The notes beneath the pieces are model-generated. The model ran no database searches and had not been told where the DNA came from. It saw only the letters and a program-made list of their open reading frames with translations. DNA of 64,000 nucleotides. Source: an uncultured Ectothiorhodospiraceae bacterium (GTDB lineage Bacteria > Pseudomonadota > Gammaproteobacteria > UBA9214). Positions within the stretch are counted from its first letter, which is position 1, and every line of letters begins with the position of its first letter. Made by a program: the position numbers and the translations under genes. Shown piece after piece: positions 1-10,714 of the stretch. The stretch covers positions 742 to 64,741 of the forward strand of contig CAYUFA010000007.1 in the NCBI GenBank assembly GCA_964443845.1, in the 5' to 3' direction.

Positions 1-988
1 GGTAGAAACCGGCCGCGGGTGCCTGCACGTCGAGCACCGGGCCGAGGATGTCGAGCACGGCGCGGAATTTCGCGTCGTACAGGCGGCGGTTGTCCGCAAC
101 GTGCTGTTCGTCGGACCAGGCGCGCACGCTGGCGGCCTGGGTGGCCGGCGGCATGGCGCAGCCGTGGTAGGTGCGGTAACGCAGGAAGGCCTGCATCAGC
201 CCGGCGTCGCCGGCCACGAATCCGGAGCGCAGTCCGGGCACGCTGGAGCGCTTTGACAGGCTGTGAAACACGAGACAGCGCCGGTAGTCGCTGCGCCCCA
301 TGGCCGCGGCGGCCTGTAACAGCCCGGCCGGCGGGGTGCCGGCCGGCGGGTGGATTTCGGAATAGCATTCGTCCGAGGCGATGATGAAATCATGCTTGTC
401 CGCCAGCCGGATCAGACGCTGCAACTGCTCCACCGGCATGACCGCGCCGGTCGGGTTGCCGGGCGTGCACAGGTAGACCAGCTGGCAGCGTTGCCATACC
501 GCGGCCGGCACCGCGTCCAGGTCGGGCAGGTAGCCGTTCGCGCGCGTGGTGTTGAGAAAATACGGTTCGGCCCCGGCCAGCAGCGCGGCACCCTCGTAGA
601 TCTGGTAGAACGGGTTCGGCATGGCGACCAGCGGCCGCCGCGCGCGGTCGACCAGGCACTGCGCGATTGCAAACAGCGCCTCACGGGTGCCGTTGACCGG
701 TAGCACCATGCTGGCCGGGTCGATACTGCCGGCCGGCAGGGCAAAGCGGCGGGTCAGCCAGCCGGCGATGGCCGCGCGCAGGGCATCGCTGCCGCGCGTG
801 ACCGGGTAGCTGGACAGGCCGTGCAGGTGCGTGATGACCTCTTCCGTGATGAAACCGGGCGTTGCATGGCGCGGTTCGCCGATGGACAGTGCGATCGGTG
901 CCGGGTGCGCCGGCGCCGGCGTGTCCGCGAACAACGCGGCCAGCCGCTCGAACGGGTAGGGCTGCAACAGGGACAGGTCGGGATTCAT
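1..988 (-). CDS. dapC: N-succinyl-L,L-diaminopimelate aminotransferase DapC; 3' end (C-terminus) cut by window edge
   Basis: Reverse-complement translation from ATG (complement of 986-988) reads MNPDLSLLQPYPFERLAAL...PVNGTREALFA...FHSLSKRSSVPGLRSGF, a PLP fold-I aminotransferase with a DapC-type N-terminus (LQPYPFEKL). It runs off the window so is absent from the ORF track. Its position next to glnD matches Pseudomonas synteny. Confidence 0.75.
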   Translation of the reverse strand, partial: MNPDLSLLQPYPFERLAALFADTPAPAHPAPIALSIGEPRHATPGFITEEVITHLHGLSSYPVTRGSDALRAAIAGWLTRRFALPAGSIDPASMVLPVNGTREALFAIAQCLVDRARRPLVAMPNPFYQIYEGAALLAGAEPYFLNTTRANGYLPDLDAVPAAVWQRCQLVYLCTPGNPTGAVMPVEQLQRLIRLADKHDFIIASDECYSEIHPPAGTPPAGLLQAAAAMGRSDYRRCLVFHSLSKRSSVPGLRSGFVAGDAGLMQAFLRYRTYHGCAMPPATQAASVRAWSDEQHVADNRRLYDAKFRAVLDILGPVLDVQAPAAGFY

Positions 989-1180
989 GGGGCGGGTTGC
1001 GCCCGGTGGCCGTGTGCATGATGGTTCCTGGGCCGGGCAGGGGCATCCCCTCTTCCTGCGGAAGCAGGGCACAATGAGGGCATGCATACGGGACAGATCA
1101 TTTATTATCTCCCCACCCCGACCCGCTCCCGGCGGGAGCGGGGGCTGGTGAAGTGCTGAAATGAAAGTATAAGGGAAGCC

Positions 1181-2068
1181 ATGAACGTCGCCAAACCAGG
1201 CAGTGCACTGTTGCCGGTCCTCAGCCTGCTGTTCACCGCCACCCTGTGGGGACTGGTGTGGTACCCGCTGCGCCGGCTGGAGGCGGCCGGGCTGAACGGG
1301 CTGTGGAGTGCGCTGCTCAGTTACGGAACGGTGCTGGCGGTGTTTTTCTGGATCTTCGTGCGCGACCGGCGGCTTGCACTGGCCAACGTCCGGGCGCTGG
1401 CGTGGATGGGGCTGGCGGCCGGCTGGTGCAACGTGGCCTTCATCATGGCGGTGCTGCACGGCAGTGTGGTGCGGGTGCTGCTGCTGTTCTACCTGTCGCC
1501 GTTCTGGGCCGTGTGCCTGGGCTGGCTGATGCTGGACGAGCGGCTCGACCGGCAGTCGCTGCTGGTCTTCGTGGTCGCGGTGGCCGGGGCGCTGATCATG
1601 CTGTGGAACGACCAGGTCGGCCTGCCCTGGCCACGCGCTGCGGCCGACTGGCTGGCGGTCTCGTCCGGGTTCTCCTTTGCGCTGAGCAACGTGTACGTGC
1701 GCCGCATGCAGTCGGTCGGTGTCTGGCTCAGGTCGGCCACCAGCTGGGCCGGCGTGGTGCTGGTGGCGCTCGCCTGGATCGCCTGGACCCATGCGCCGCT
1801 ACCGCGGGTCGCCGGCGTGGCCTGGCTGGGGGGCGCATTGCTCGGGTTGTGCGGTTTTCTGCTGATGACCCTCACGGTGCAGTACGGCGTGTCACGCATG
1901 CCGGTACATCGCTCCGCGGTCATCCTGCTGTTCGAGCTGGTGGTCGGGGCGGTGTCCTCGCTGCTGCTCACGACGGAAAGCGTGCAGCCGCGCGAGTGGG
2001 CGGGCGGTGCGATGATCGTGACGGCGGCCTGGCTGGCGGCGCGGATTCACGCGCGGGAGGGTGCATGA
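1181..2068 (+). CDS. DMT (EamA-like) family transporter
   Basis: 295-aa ORF that is highly hydrophobic with about 10 predicted TM segments and a duplicated EamA-like architecture. Confidence 0.65.
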   Translation: MNVAKPGSALLPVLSLLFTATLWGLVWYPLRRLEAAGLNGLWSALLSYGTVLAVFFWIFVRDRRLALANVRALAWMGLAAGWCNVAFIMAVLHGSVVRVLLLFYLSPFWAVCLGWLMLDERLDRQSLLVFVVAVAGALIMLWNDQVGLPWPRAAADWLAVSSGFSFALSNVYVRRMQSVGVWLRSATSWAGVVLVALAWIAWTHAPLPRVAGVAWLGGALLGLCGFLLMTLTVQYGVSRMPVHRSAVILLFELVVGAVSSLLLTTESVQPREWAGGAMIVTAAWLAARIHAREGA

Positions 2069-2439
2069 GCCGGGTCACCGGTCTCCATCACGTCAGCGTG
2101 CTGGTCAGCGACACCGCCCGCGCGCTGGCGTTTTACCATGACCTGCTCGGCCTGCCGGTCGTGACCCGGCCCGGGCTGGGCTTTCCCGGTGCCTGGCTGG
2201 ATCTGGGGCAGGGTCAGCAGGTGCACCTGCTGGAACTGCCTGGTGCCGGACAGGGAGGGCACGACCGGCACGGGGGGCGTGACGCACACATGGCCCTGTT
2301 CGTCGATGATCTCGATGCCATGCTGCAACGGCTGGAACAGGCCGGTACGGCCTGCACGAAAAGCCGCTCCGGGCGGCGCGCGCTGTTCTGCCGCGACCCG
2401 GACGGCAACGCGGTGGAACTGGTGGAACGCGCGCGTTAG
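2065..2439 (+). CDS. VOC / glyoxalase-bleomycin resistance family protein
   Basis: ATG at 2065 overlaps the upstream stop (ATGA). 124-aa product MSRVTGLHHVSVLVSDTARALAFYHDLLGL...DPDGNAVELVE is the typical VOC fold signature. The listed 1246..2439 ORF is an out-of-frame upstream extension. Confidence 0.7.
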   Translation: MSRVTGLHHVSVLVSDTARALAFYHDLLGLPVVTRPGLGFPGAWLDLGQGQQVHLLELPGAGQGGHDRHGGRDAHMALFVDDLDAMLQRLEQAGTACTKSRSGRRALFCRDPDGNAVELVERAR

Positions 2440-2723
2440 GAGTCAGACTTGCGGGCGGCAGTCGTCCAGATCGCGTTGCGGTCGGTCCAGCGCAGGCTCA
2501 GCCAGTACCAGAGCGTGACCGGGACCATCAGCGCAAACCAGCTCCAGTCATCGACCAGGAACAGTCCGGCGAGCCGGCCGGGCAGCGGGAATAATTGCGG
2601 CCACGGGACGCAGTAGAGCGTGCACAGCACGCTGGCGCCGATCAGGGCCAGGGCGCCTCTTCTGGTCCGGATGCCGGAAAATGCCAGGTAGACCCAGATG
2701 GGCATGCCGGAGGTTCTTTCCAT
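2436..2723 (-). CDS. small hypothetical membrane protein
   Basis: 95-aa ORF with two hydrophobic stretches. No recognisable family. Start possibly at the internal Met (MPIWVYLAF). Confidence 0.35.
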   Translation of the reverse strand: MERTSGMPIWVYLAFSGIRTRRGALALIGASVLCTLYCVPWPQLFPLPGRLAGLFLVDDWSWFALMVPVTLWYWLSLRWTDRNAIWTTAARKSDS

Positions 2724-2747
2724 GGGGCACTCCGCCGCTGCCGGACG

Positions 2748-5441
2748 CTAGATCCGGTAGATCACACGTTCGTCCGTCCGCGGTTCGTCCAGGTGGTGGT
2801 GGATCGACCGTTCCAGGCATTCGAACTGTGCGTCTTCCCGCAACGGCCGGTTGTCGAGGTCGGTGATGTAGAACACGTCATCGGCGCGGGCGCCGAGCGT
2901 GGCGATCCTGGCATTCTGCAGGCGCACCTTGCAGTCGACAAACGCGCGACCCACGCGGGACAGCAACCCGGGCCGGTCCGAGGTGATCAATGACATGACC
3001 GTGCGCTGGTCGATCTCGTCCGGCTTGAAATCGACGTGGGTCTTGATCGGGAAATGCTTGTACACGCGCGGCATCCGGCGCGCGACGTGCCAGATGTCCG
3101 GCTTGCCGTGTTCGAGCTCGGCCTGCAGGGCGGTGCGGATTTCCTCGCTGCGGCGCATGCCGGTGATCGGCGCGCCGGAAACCTCCAGCACGTGGTAGGT
3201 GTGCAGTCCGTGGCCGTCGTTGGTCGTGATGATACCGGCATCGACCACGTCCAGTCCGAGCTGGTCGAGAACGGCGGTGATGCGGCTGAACAGATCATCG
3301 GCGGCCGGCGCGTAGATGAAGATCTCGGTGCCGCCGCGCTCGGTCAGCGGCTGGATGTCGACCAGACTGTCCTGTTGCGGCGCGCGCGCGTGCAGCAGGG
3401 TGGTGTGATGGGCCACCTGCCAGGGAATGTGGCGCAGGAAATACTCGTCACCCAGCTGCCGCCACAGTGGATCCACCCCGGCGCGTCCCAGGGTGAGCAG
3501 TTCCAGCGCCGCTTCCTGGACCTTCTGGATGTGCTCGGAGCGTTCCATCGGGTCCTGCAGGCCGCGCTGCAGGGCGCGGCGGGTACTGTAGTAGAGCTGT
3601 TTCAGCAGGGCGTCCTTCCAGCTGTTCCACAGCCCCGGGTTGGTGGCGCGAATGTCGGCCACCGTGAGCAGGTACAGGTAGTCGAGGTGCATCGGGTCGT
3701 GCATGAGCCGGGCGAAGCGGTTGACCACGACCGGGTCGCTGATGTCCTGGCGCTGCGCGGTGGAGGACATCATGAGGTGGTTTTCCACCAGCCAGGTCAC
3801 CAGGCCGGCATCGTACTCGCTGAGGTCGTGCTGCAGGCAGAAGTCGTGCGCGTCGTGTCCGCCCAGCTCGGAATGGTCGCCGCCGCGGCCCTTGGCGATG
3901 TCGTGAAACAGTCCGGCGAGGTACAGCAGTTCCGGCTTGGGAATGGTGGCGACGATGTGGCTGCAGAGCGGGAACTCGAGTGCGCAGTCCTGCACCGTGA
4001 AGCGGCGCAGGTTGCTGATCACGGTCAGGATGTGCTCGTCCACGGTGTAGATGTGGAACAGGTCGTACTGCATCTGACCGACGATCTGGCCGAACATCGG
4101 GAGGTAGGCGGCAAGCACGCCGTAATTGTTCATGCGGTGCAACGCGTGCGTCACCCCGTGGGGCTGACGCAGGATCTCCATGAACAGGCTGCGCGCGCGG
4201 ATGTCCTGGCGGAACCCGTCGTCGATCAGGTGCAGGTGCGCGCGAATGGAGCGGATGGTGTCGGCGCGCACGCCTTTCAGTTCCGGGTGTTGCTGCAGGA
4301 TCAGGAACACCTCGAGCAGGGCGTGCGGGTAATAGCGGAACACCGTCGGCCAGGCAATCTCGAGAAAGCCGTGGCGTGACTGGAAGCGCTTGTTGATCAT
4401 CACCGGCGCGCCCGGTTCGCCGGGGAACAGGATGTGCTCGTGGAACAGCTGCAGCAGCATTTCGTTGAGGCGGCCGAGCGACATGATGGTACGGTAGTAG
4501 TCCTTCATGAACGCCTCGACGCCGAGCCGGATTTCATCGTTCCGGTAACCGAGCAGCTCGGCCAGCGTGCGCTGGTAGTCGAACAGCAGGCGGTCCTCAC
4601 CGCGGCCGGTCAGCATGTGCAGGGCAAAGCGGATCTTCCACAGAAAGGCCCGCCGCTCGGTGAGTGCGTGATATTCGTGCTGGGTGAGAAAACCCCGCTC
4701 GACCAGTTCTTCCAGCGAGTCGGTGCCGAAATGACGGTTGGCCACCCAGGCGATCATCTGGAAGTCGCGCAGTCCCCCCGGGCCTTCCTTGATGTTGGGT
4801 TCGAGATTGTAGGCGGTATCGTTGTATTTCTGGTGGCGGATACGCTGTTCCTCGCGCTTGGCCATGAAGAATTCACGGCTCGACCAGATGCGCTCCGCTG
4901 CGGTGGCGTCCAGCATCGCGAAAAACAGTTCCATCGAACCGGTCAGCCAGCGCGCCTCCATCAGGTTGGTGATGACGGTGATGTCGGCGAGTGCCTGTGT
5001 CACGCAATCGTCGACGCTGCGCACGCTGTGACCGACCTCCAGGCCGATGTCCCAGAGGAACGTCAGCAGGGCGGTGAGCGCCGCATCGTGGCGGCTGCCG
5101 GCGTTGTCCGGCAGCAGGATCAGCAGGTCGATATCGGAACCCGGCATCAGCTCGCTGCGCCCGTAGCCGCCGACCGCGGCCAGGGTCAGCGTCTCGGCGG
5201 CATCACCCAGGTGCAGTTCCCAGGCGTGCACCAGTACCTGGTCGACCAGCCAGGAGCGTCCCTGCAGCAGGGTGTGGGTGTGGTAGCCGCTGTCGAAGTG
5301 CTGCTTGAGGACGCTGCGGCCGTGATTCAGGCACCGCTTGTAGGTACCGATCAGCGCGGCACTGCTGCCGTGGCGTTCACCCAGCGGTGCCAGGTTGAAC
5401 CAGGTTTCGAAGTCCTGGGGTGCGGCGGGTGTTTGCAGCAT
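2748..5441 (-). CDS. glnD: bifunctional [protein-PII] uridylyltransferase/uridylyl-removing enzyme GlnD
   Basis: 897-aa ORF with a nucleotidyltransferase N-terminus, HD domain (HDIAKGRGGDHSELG) and two C-terminal ACT domains. Lies upstream of map as in E. coli and Pseudomonas. Confidence 0.9.
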   Translation of the reverse strand: MLQTPAAPQDFETWFNLAPLGERHGSSAALIGTYKRCLNHGRSVLKQHFDSGYHTHTLLQGRSWLVDQVLVHAWELHLGDAAETLTLAAVGGYGRSELMPGSDIDLLILLPDNAGSRHDAALTALLTFLWDIGLEVGHSVRSVDDCVTQALADITVITNLMEARWLTGSMELFFAMLDATAAERIWSSREFFMAKREEQRIRHQKYNDTAYNLEPNIKEGPGGLRDFQMIAWVANRHFGTDSLEELVERGFLTQHEYHALTERRAFLWKIRFALHMLTGRGEDRLLFDYQRTLAELLGYRNDEIRLGVEAFMKDYYRTIMSLGRLNEMLLQLFHEHILFPGEPGAPVMINKRFQSRHGFLEIAWPTVFRYYPHALLEVFLILQQHPELKGVRADTIRSIRAHLHLIDDGFRQDIRARSLFMEILRQPHGVTHALHRMNNYGVLAAYLPMFGQIVGQMQYDLFHIYTVDEHILTVISNLRRFTVQDCALEFPLCSHIVATIPKPELLYLAGLFHDIAKGRGGDHSELGGHDAHDFCLQHDLSEYDAGLVTWLVENHLMMSSTAQRQDISDPVVVNRFARLMHDPMHLDYLYLLTVADIRATNPGLWNSWKDALLKQLYYSTRRALQRGLQDPMERSEHIQKVQEAALELLTLGRAGVDPLWRQLGDEYFLRHIPWQVAHHTTLLHARAPQQDSLVDIQPLTERGGTEIFIYAPAADDLFSRITAVLDQLGLDVVDAGIITTNDGHGLHTYHVLEVSGAPITGMRRSEEIRTALQAELEHGKPDIWHVARRMPRVYKHFPIKTHVDFKPDEIDQRTVMSLITSDRPGLLSRVGRAFVDCKVRLQNARIATLGARADDVFYITDLDNRPLREDAQFECLERSIHHHLDEPRTDERVIYRI

Positions 5442-5450
5442 CCCGGCGGG

Positions 5451-6218
5451 CTAGAGCTCGTCACCGGCTAGACAGGTCAGCACTTCGTGTCCGTCCGTGG
5501 TCACCAGGATGGTATGTTCCCACTGGGCCGACAGGCTGTGGTCCTTGGTGACCACGGTCCAGCCGTCGGGCAGCAGGCGGGTGTGGCGCCTGCCGGCGTT
5601 CACCATCGGCTCGATGGTGAAAATCATGCCCGGCTGCAGGCGCAGGCCGGTGCCGGGTCTGCCGTAGTGGAGCACCTGCGGATCTTCGTGGAACGCGCGG
5701 CCGATGCCATGGCCGCAGTACTCGCGCACGATGGAACAGTGGTTGGTTTCGGCGTATTCCTGGATGGCATGGCCGATATCACCCAGGGTGATGTCGGGCC
5801 GCACCAGGTCGATGCCGATCTTCATGCATTCGTGACTGATGCGGGCGAGCCGCTCGGCGGCGACCGGGGGGTCACCGACAAAGAACATCTTGCTGGTGTC
5901 GCCGTGCCAGCCGTCCTTGATCACGGTGATATCGATGTTGATGATGTCGCCCTTCTTCAGCTTCTTGTCCCCGGGGATGCCGTGGCAGACCACGTGGTTG
6001 ACCGAGGTGCAGATCGACCTGGGGAATCCCCGGTAGTTGAGCGGGGCGGGAATCGCCTGCTGCTCGTTGACGATGTAGTCGTGACAGAGCCGGTCGAGTT
6101 CCAGCGTGGTGACGCCCGGCTGGACATGTGGCCGGATCATGCGCAGGACTTCGCCCGCGAGCCGCCCGGCGACACGCATTTTCTCGATCTCATCCGGGGT
6201 CTTGATGGTGACGGGCAT
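5451..6218 (-). CDS. map: type I methionine aminopeptidase
   Basis: Start at MPVTIKTPDEIEKMRVAGRLA. Carries the conserved metal-binding peptidase M24 motifs (HGIGR.FHE, FTIEPM). Divergent from rpsB as in enterics. Confidence 0.9.
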   Translation of the reverse strand: MPVTIKTPDEIEKMRVAGRLAGEVLRMIRPHVQPGVTTLELDRLCHDYIVNEQQAIPAPLNYRGFPRSICTSVNHVVCHGIPGDKKLKKGDIINIDITVIKDGWHGDTSKMFFVGDPPVAAERLARISHECMKIGIDLVRPDITLGDIGHAIQEYAETNHCSIVREYCGHGIGRAFHEDPQVLHYGRPGTGLRLQPGMIFTIEPMVNAGRRHTRLLPDGWTVVTKDHSLSAQWEHTILVTTDGHEVLTCLAGDEL

Positions 6219-6453
6219 GTAAGGTCCTGTTTGCAGTAGGGTCGGCGCCGCGATCTGGACACAGTCCGGATTGCCGAGAAAACGAGTGTATGGTATAAAA
6301 GCCGGCTTGTTAAGTGGTCCGCTCCCGGGCCGCCCGACAAAATCCACACATGTACCGGCACATTCGGCAGGGTGCCCGCGTCGCCTGGCGGCGGAGCGGG
6401 TTGCAGGAATGGGGTACATGGAAGACCAACCCTGACAATTTGGAGTGATCGTA

Positions 6454-7392
6454 ATGGCAGATGTAACCATGCGCCAGATGCTGGAGGCCGGCGTGCATTT
6501 CGGGCACCAGACCCGCTACTGGAACCCGAAGATGAGCCCCTATATCTACGGCGAGCGCGGCAAGATCCACATCATCAACCTCGAGAAGACCCTTCCCTTA
6601 TTCCAGGACGCAATGAACTTCATCAGCAGCATGGCCGCCAACGGCGGTACCGTGCTGTTCGTCGGCACCAAGCGTTCCGCACAGAGTGCGATCCGGGACA
6701 ACGCGGCCCAGTGCGGCATGCCGTTCGTGAATCATCGCTGGCTCGGCGGCATGTTGACCAACTACAAGACGGTACGCCAGTCGATCCGGCGCCTCAAGGA
6801 TCTCGAAACCATGTCCACCGACGGATCCTTCGACCGGATCAGCAAGAAGGAGGGCCTGATGCTGACCCGCGAGATGGAGAAGCTGGAGCGCAGCCTGGGC
6901 GGGATCAAGGACATGCGCGGCATTCCGGACGCCCTGTTCGTCGTGGATGTCGGCTACGAAAAGATCGCCATCAGCGAGGCCAGGAAACTGGGTATCCCGG
7001 TCGTGGGCGTGGTCGATACCAACAACTCCGTGGACGGTATCGAATACGTGATACCCGGCAACGATGACGCCATTCGCGCCATCCAGCTGTACGTCGAGGC
7101 CGCCGCGAACGCCGTCGACACCGGCAAGCTCAGCGTGGCGCATGTCATGACCAACGCCAGCGACGAGTTCGTGGAAGTGGCCGAGGAAGGGGACGACAGG
7201 CCGGCGCGCCGCAAGCCACGCGGCACGGCGGCGAAGAAGGCACCGGGCAAGGTCACCGTCAGGAAGAAGGCCGCCGCGGAGCCTGCCGATGCAACCACCG
7301 ATGCAACCACCGATGCCACCACCGAGGCGAGCGGTGAGGCGACCGGCGAGGCGATCGCGGATGTGGCGGACACCGAACACGGTGCCGAGTAG
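6454..7392 (+). CDS. rpsB: 30S ribosomal protein S2, with about 70-aa acidic C-terminal extension
   Basis: ATG at 6454 preceded by GGAG. Product [27 protein letters not shown]... has the canonical S2 signature. The ORF-track start at 6445 is an upstream GTG. Confidence 0.95.
   Translation: MADVTMRQMLEAGVHFGHQTRYWNPKMSPYIYGERGKIHIINLEKTLPLFQDAMNFISSMAANGGTVLFVGTKRSAQSAIRDNAAQCGMPFVNHRWLGGMLTNYKTVRQSIRRLKDLETMSTDGSFDRISKKEGLMLTREMEKLERSLGGIKDMRGIPDALFVVDVGYEKIAISEARKLGIPVVGVVDTNNSVDGIEYVIPGNDDAIRAIQLYVEAAANAVDTGKLSVAHVMTNASDEFVEVAEEGDDRPARRKPRGTAAKKAPGKVTVRKKAAAEPADATTDATTDATTEASGEATGEAIADVADTEHGAE
7288..7323 (+). repeat. 3x tandem 12-nt repeat (GATGCAACCACC) inside the rpsB 3' end, encoding (DATT)3
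   Basis: The repeat is directly visible in the sequence at 7288-7323 and is followed by a GAGGCGANCGG-like triplet. Confidence 0.8.
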
Positions 7393-7439
7393 CCCGCCTA
7401 ACCCTGGATAACTGATAGCGATTTGCAGAGGAATTCGAT

Positions 7440-8330
7440 ATGGCAATAACCGCAGCGCAGGTGAAGGAACTGCGCGAACGTACCGGCTCCGGCATGATGG
7501 AGTGCAAGAAGGCCCTGGTGGAACACGACGGGGACATGGACGCGGCCATCGAGGCGCTGCGCAAGGCCGGCATCGCCAAGGCCGACAAGAAGGCCGGACG
7601 CATCGCCGCCGAGGGGCTCGTGGTGGTCGAACTGTCCGACGATGCGAAGACGGCCGCCGTGGCCGAGGTCAACTGCGAAACCGACTTCGTGGCCAGGAAG
7701 GACGACTTCCAGGCCTTTGCCAGCGCCGTCGCGCGGCGCGTGCTGCAGGACGACCCGGCGGACCTGGATGCCCTGCTGGCCATGCCACTGAAAGACGGCG
7801 CGAGCACGACCATCGAGGAGGCCCGCAAGGCGCTGATCGCAACCATCGGTGAGAACATCACCGTGCGCCGCTTTGCGCGCATGGCGAGCAGCAACCCGAT
7901 CGCCACGTACACGCACGGGGTGCGGATCGGCGTGCTGGTCGATTTCACCGGCGGCGATGCCGCGCTGGGCAAGGACCTTGCCATGCACATCGCGGCACAC
8001 GATCCGCGTCCGGTCTGCGTGTCCGAGGACCAGGTGCCGGCCGCACTGATTGCTGCGGAGCGCGAGATCTTCACGGCGCAGGCACGCGAGTCCGGCAAGC
8101 CGGACAACATCATCGAAAAGATGATCGAAGGGCGCATCCGCAAGTTCCTGGCCGAGATCACCCTGCTGGGCCAGCAGTTCGTCAAGGACCCGGACCAGAC
8201 CGTTGGCAAGCTGCTGAACGGTGCCGGTGCCGGGGTGGTGCGTTTCGAACGCATGGAACTCGGCGAGGGTATCGAGAAGAAGGCCGAAAATTTCGCCGAC
8301 GAGGTACTGGCGCAGGTCAAGGGTGGCTGA
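7440..8330 (+). CDS. tsf: elongation factor Ts
   Basis: Product [26 protein letters not shown]... is the canonical EF-Ts N-terminus, 296 aa, immediately after rpsB. Confidence 0.95.
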   Translation: MAITAAQVKELRERTGSGMMECKKALVEHDGDMDAAIEALRKAGIAKADKKAGRIAAEGLVVVELSDDAKTAAVAEVNCETDFVARKDDFQAFASAVARRVLQDDPADLDALLAMPLKDGASTTIEEARKALIATIGENITVRRFARMASSNPIATYTHGVRIGVLVDFTGGDAALGKDLAMHIAAHDPRPVCVSEDQVPAALIAAEREIFTAQARESGKPDNIIEKMIEGRIRKFLAEITLLGQQFVKDPDQTVGKLLNGAGAGVVRFERMELGEGIEKKAENFADEVLAQVKGG

Positions 8331-8402
8331 GGCCGGCCGACCGGGATGTGCCTGCGGGGCGGTCGGCCGCCAACCATAGTCTCCCTCTCCGTCCGCTCCA
8401 GC

Positions 8403-8428
8403 GGGGTCGCCGTCCGACCCCGTTTTTT
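8403..8428 (+). terminator. intrinsic terminator after tsf
   Basis: GGGGTCG-CCGTC-CGACCCC hairpin (7-bp GC-rich stem) followed by GTTTTTTAT. Confidence 0.7.
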
Positions 8429-8518
8429 ATGGCAATCCGCGCCAAAAAGTACGACAATGCGGCCGGGGCGAAGGCCTTGAAATCCACTATATCTGACTGA
8501 ATTCAAAAGGCTACCGAC

Positions 8519-9223
8519 ATGTCATACCGGCGCATACTGCTCAAGCTCAGTGGTGAGGCGCTGATGGGCCAGGGTGGCCACGGGATCGACCCGGACATCC
8601 TGCAAAGGCTGGCTGGCGAGATCCACGCCGAGGCACGCAAGGGCGTGCAGGTCGGGCTGGTGATCGGGGGCGGTAACCTGCTGCGTGGCGCCGGGCTTGC
8701 GTCGCAGGGCATGAGCCGGGTCACCGGCGACCAGATGGGGATGCTGGCGACGGTGATCAATGCGCTCGCCATGCAGGACGCCCTGCAGCAGGCCGGCTGC
8801 GAATGTGTAGTCATGTCCGCGCTGATCATGGACCAGGTCTGTGAATCCTACAGCGTGCGCCGTGCTGTCGCGCACCTGGCCGCGGGCCGGGTGGTGATCT
8901 TCGCCGCCGGTACCGGCAACCCGTTCTTCACCACCGACTCGGCCGCGAGCCTGCGCGCCATCGAGATCGGCGCCGAACTGCTGCTCAAGGCCACCAAGGT
9001 GAACGGGGTGTATTCCGCCGACCCGGTGCAGCATCCGGACGCGCGCTTCTACGAGCAGCTGCGCTATGCCGATGCCCTGGAGCAGAAGCTGGGCGTCATG
9101 GACGCTACCGCCCTCGTGTTGTGCAGCGAGCATGCCCTGCCGCTGCGGGTTTTCAACGTGTTCGTTCCCGGCCAGCTGGGCAGGATCGTCGCCGGTGAAC
9201 CGGTCGGGACGCTGGTGGAGTAG
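8519..9223 (+). CDS. pyrH: UMP kinase
   Basis: Product [15 protein letters not shown]...GGGN..RG has the amino-acid kinase fold and PyrH signature. Confidence 0.95.
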   Translation: MSYRRILLKLSGEALMGQGGHGIDPDILQRLAGEIHAEARKGVQVGLVIGGGNLLRGAGLASQGMSRVTGDQMGMLATVINALAMQDALQQAGCECVVMSALIMDQVCESYSVRRAVAHLAAGRVVIFAAGTGNPFFTTDSAASLRAIEIGAELLLKATKVNGVYSADPVQHPDARFYEQLRYADALEQKLGVMDATALVLCSEHALPLRVFNVFVPGQLGRIVAGEPVGTLVE

Positions 9224-9233
9224 AGAGGCGAGT

Positions 9234-9791
9234 ATGATCAAGGAAATCGTGCAGGACGCCGGCATGCGCATGAGCAAGTCGATCGAGACACTCAGGACGT
9301 CGTTGAGCAGGGTGCGTACCGGCCGCGCCCACCCGAGTCTGCTGGATCACCTGCGGGTGGATTATTACGGGTCGGACGTGCCGATCTCACAGGTGGCGAA
9401 CATCGGCGTCGAGGACGGCCGCACCCTGGTGGTGACGCCCTGGGAGAAACAGATGGTGCAGCCGATCGAAAAGGCCATCCTGATGTCCGACCTGGGGCTC
9501 AATCCGAACACCGCGGGTACCGTGATGCGCATTCCCATGCCGCCGTTGACCGAGGAGACCCGGCGTGACCTCGTCAAGGTGGTGCGACAGGAAGGCGAGG
9601 CGGCCAAGGTGGCGATTCGCAATATCCGCCGGGACGCGAACAGTGACTTCAAGAGCCTGCTCAAGGAGAAGGAGATATCCGAGGACGAGGAGCGCCGCGC
9701 GCAGGATGACGTCCAGAAATTGACCGACCAGCGTATCGGCGAGGTTGACAGGGTCCTGGCGCAGAAGGAACAGGAGTTGATGGCGATCTGA
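9234..9791 (+). CDS. frr: ribosome recycling factor
   Basis: Starts at ATG 9234 ([18 protein letters not shown]...). 185 aa. The listed ORF 9066..9791 is an in-frame upstream extension overlapping pyrH. Confidence 0.95.
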   Translation: MIKEIVQDAGMRMSKSIETLRTSLSRVRTGRAHPSLLDHLRVDYYGSDVPISQVANIGVEDGRTLVVTPWEKQMVQPIEKAILMSDLGLNPNTAGTVMRIPMPPLTEETRRDLVKVVRQEGEAAKVAIRNIRRDANSDFKSLLKEKEISEDEERRAQDDVQKLTDQRIGEVDRVLAQKEQELMAI

Positions 9792-9961
9792 CGCGATGGG
9801 GAATACCGTTCATGGGGCTGGCCATTGCGTTCAACCGCGGCGGCCCGGAAGGCCCGGGGACCGCGGGCGGGCGACCGGCACCTCGCCAGCCCAGCACGCC
9901 AGCCGTGATCGTGTAACCCGCCCGAGTACGGCAAAGTGACAGAACCGAGAGGCAGACGCGA

Positions 9962-10714
9962 TTGAACTCCCACGCCAGGCAGCCCGGTAGCCAGCCGCAG
10001 CACGTGGCCATCATCATGGATGGTAACGGGCGCTGGGCACGTGCGCGCATGCTGCCCCGTGCCATCGGTCATCGCGAGGGTGTGAAATCGGTCCGCCGCG
10101 TGGTGGAGGCATGCATCGACCGGGAGATCGGCGCGCTCACGCTGTTTGCCTTCAGCAGCGAAAACTGGCGGCGGCCCAGCGAGGAAGTCGGACTGATCCT
10201 GGACCTGTTCGTGAACACGCTGAAGAAGGAAGTCGATGCGCTGGACCGCAACAACGTGCGCCTGCGCTTCATCGGCGAGCGCGCCGCCTTTCCCGATAAC
10301 CTGCACCGCCTGATCCGCGAATCGGAACAGCAGACGGCGCAGAACCGCCGGCTGGAACTGGTGATCGCGGCGAATTACGGCGGGCAGTGGGACATCACCC
10401 AGGCGTGCCGGCAGCTGGCGCAGCAGGTTGCCGACGGTTCCCTGCAGCCGCAGGATATCCGCAGCGAGGACATCAACAACGCCTTGTCGATGCCGGACCT
10501 GCCCGAGCCGGACCTGTTTATCCGCACCGGTGGCGAACGCCGCATCAGCAACTTCCTGCTCTGGCAGCTTGCCTACACGGAGCTCTATTTTACCGACCTG
10601 CTGTGGCCTGAATTCGATGCCGGTGAACTCGACAGGGCGCTGGACTGGTACGCCAACCGCCAGCGCCGCTTTGGCCGTACCGGCGAACAGGTGGAGCAGG
10701 TCAAGGGTGCTTAG
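9962..10714 (+). CDS. uppS: undecaprenyl-diphosphate synthase
   Basis: Carries the conserved cis-prenyltransferase N-terminal block (HVAIIMDGNGRWA) and the conserved C-terminal motifs of the family (RTGGERRISNFLLWQ). TTG start. Confidence 0.9.
   Translation: MNSHARQPGSQPQHVAIIMDGNGRWARARMLPRAIGHREGVKSVRRVVEACIDREIGALTLFAFSSENWRRPSEEVGLILDLFVNTLKKEVDALDRNNVRLRFIGERAAFPDNLHRLIRESEQQTAQNRRLELVIAANYGGQWDITQACRQLAQQVADGSLQPQDIRSEDINNALSMPDLPEPDLFIRTGGERRISNFLLWQLAYTELYFTDLLWPEFDAGELDRALDWYANRQRRFGRTGEQVEQVKGA

Noticed and set aside
1246-2439. 397-aa plus-strand ORF overlapping the DMT transporter gene.
   Set aside because: It is out of frame with the transporter, and only its last 124 codons (from ATG 2065) form a VOC-family protein; the rest is low-complexity read-through.
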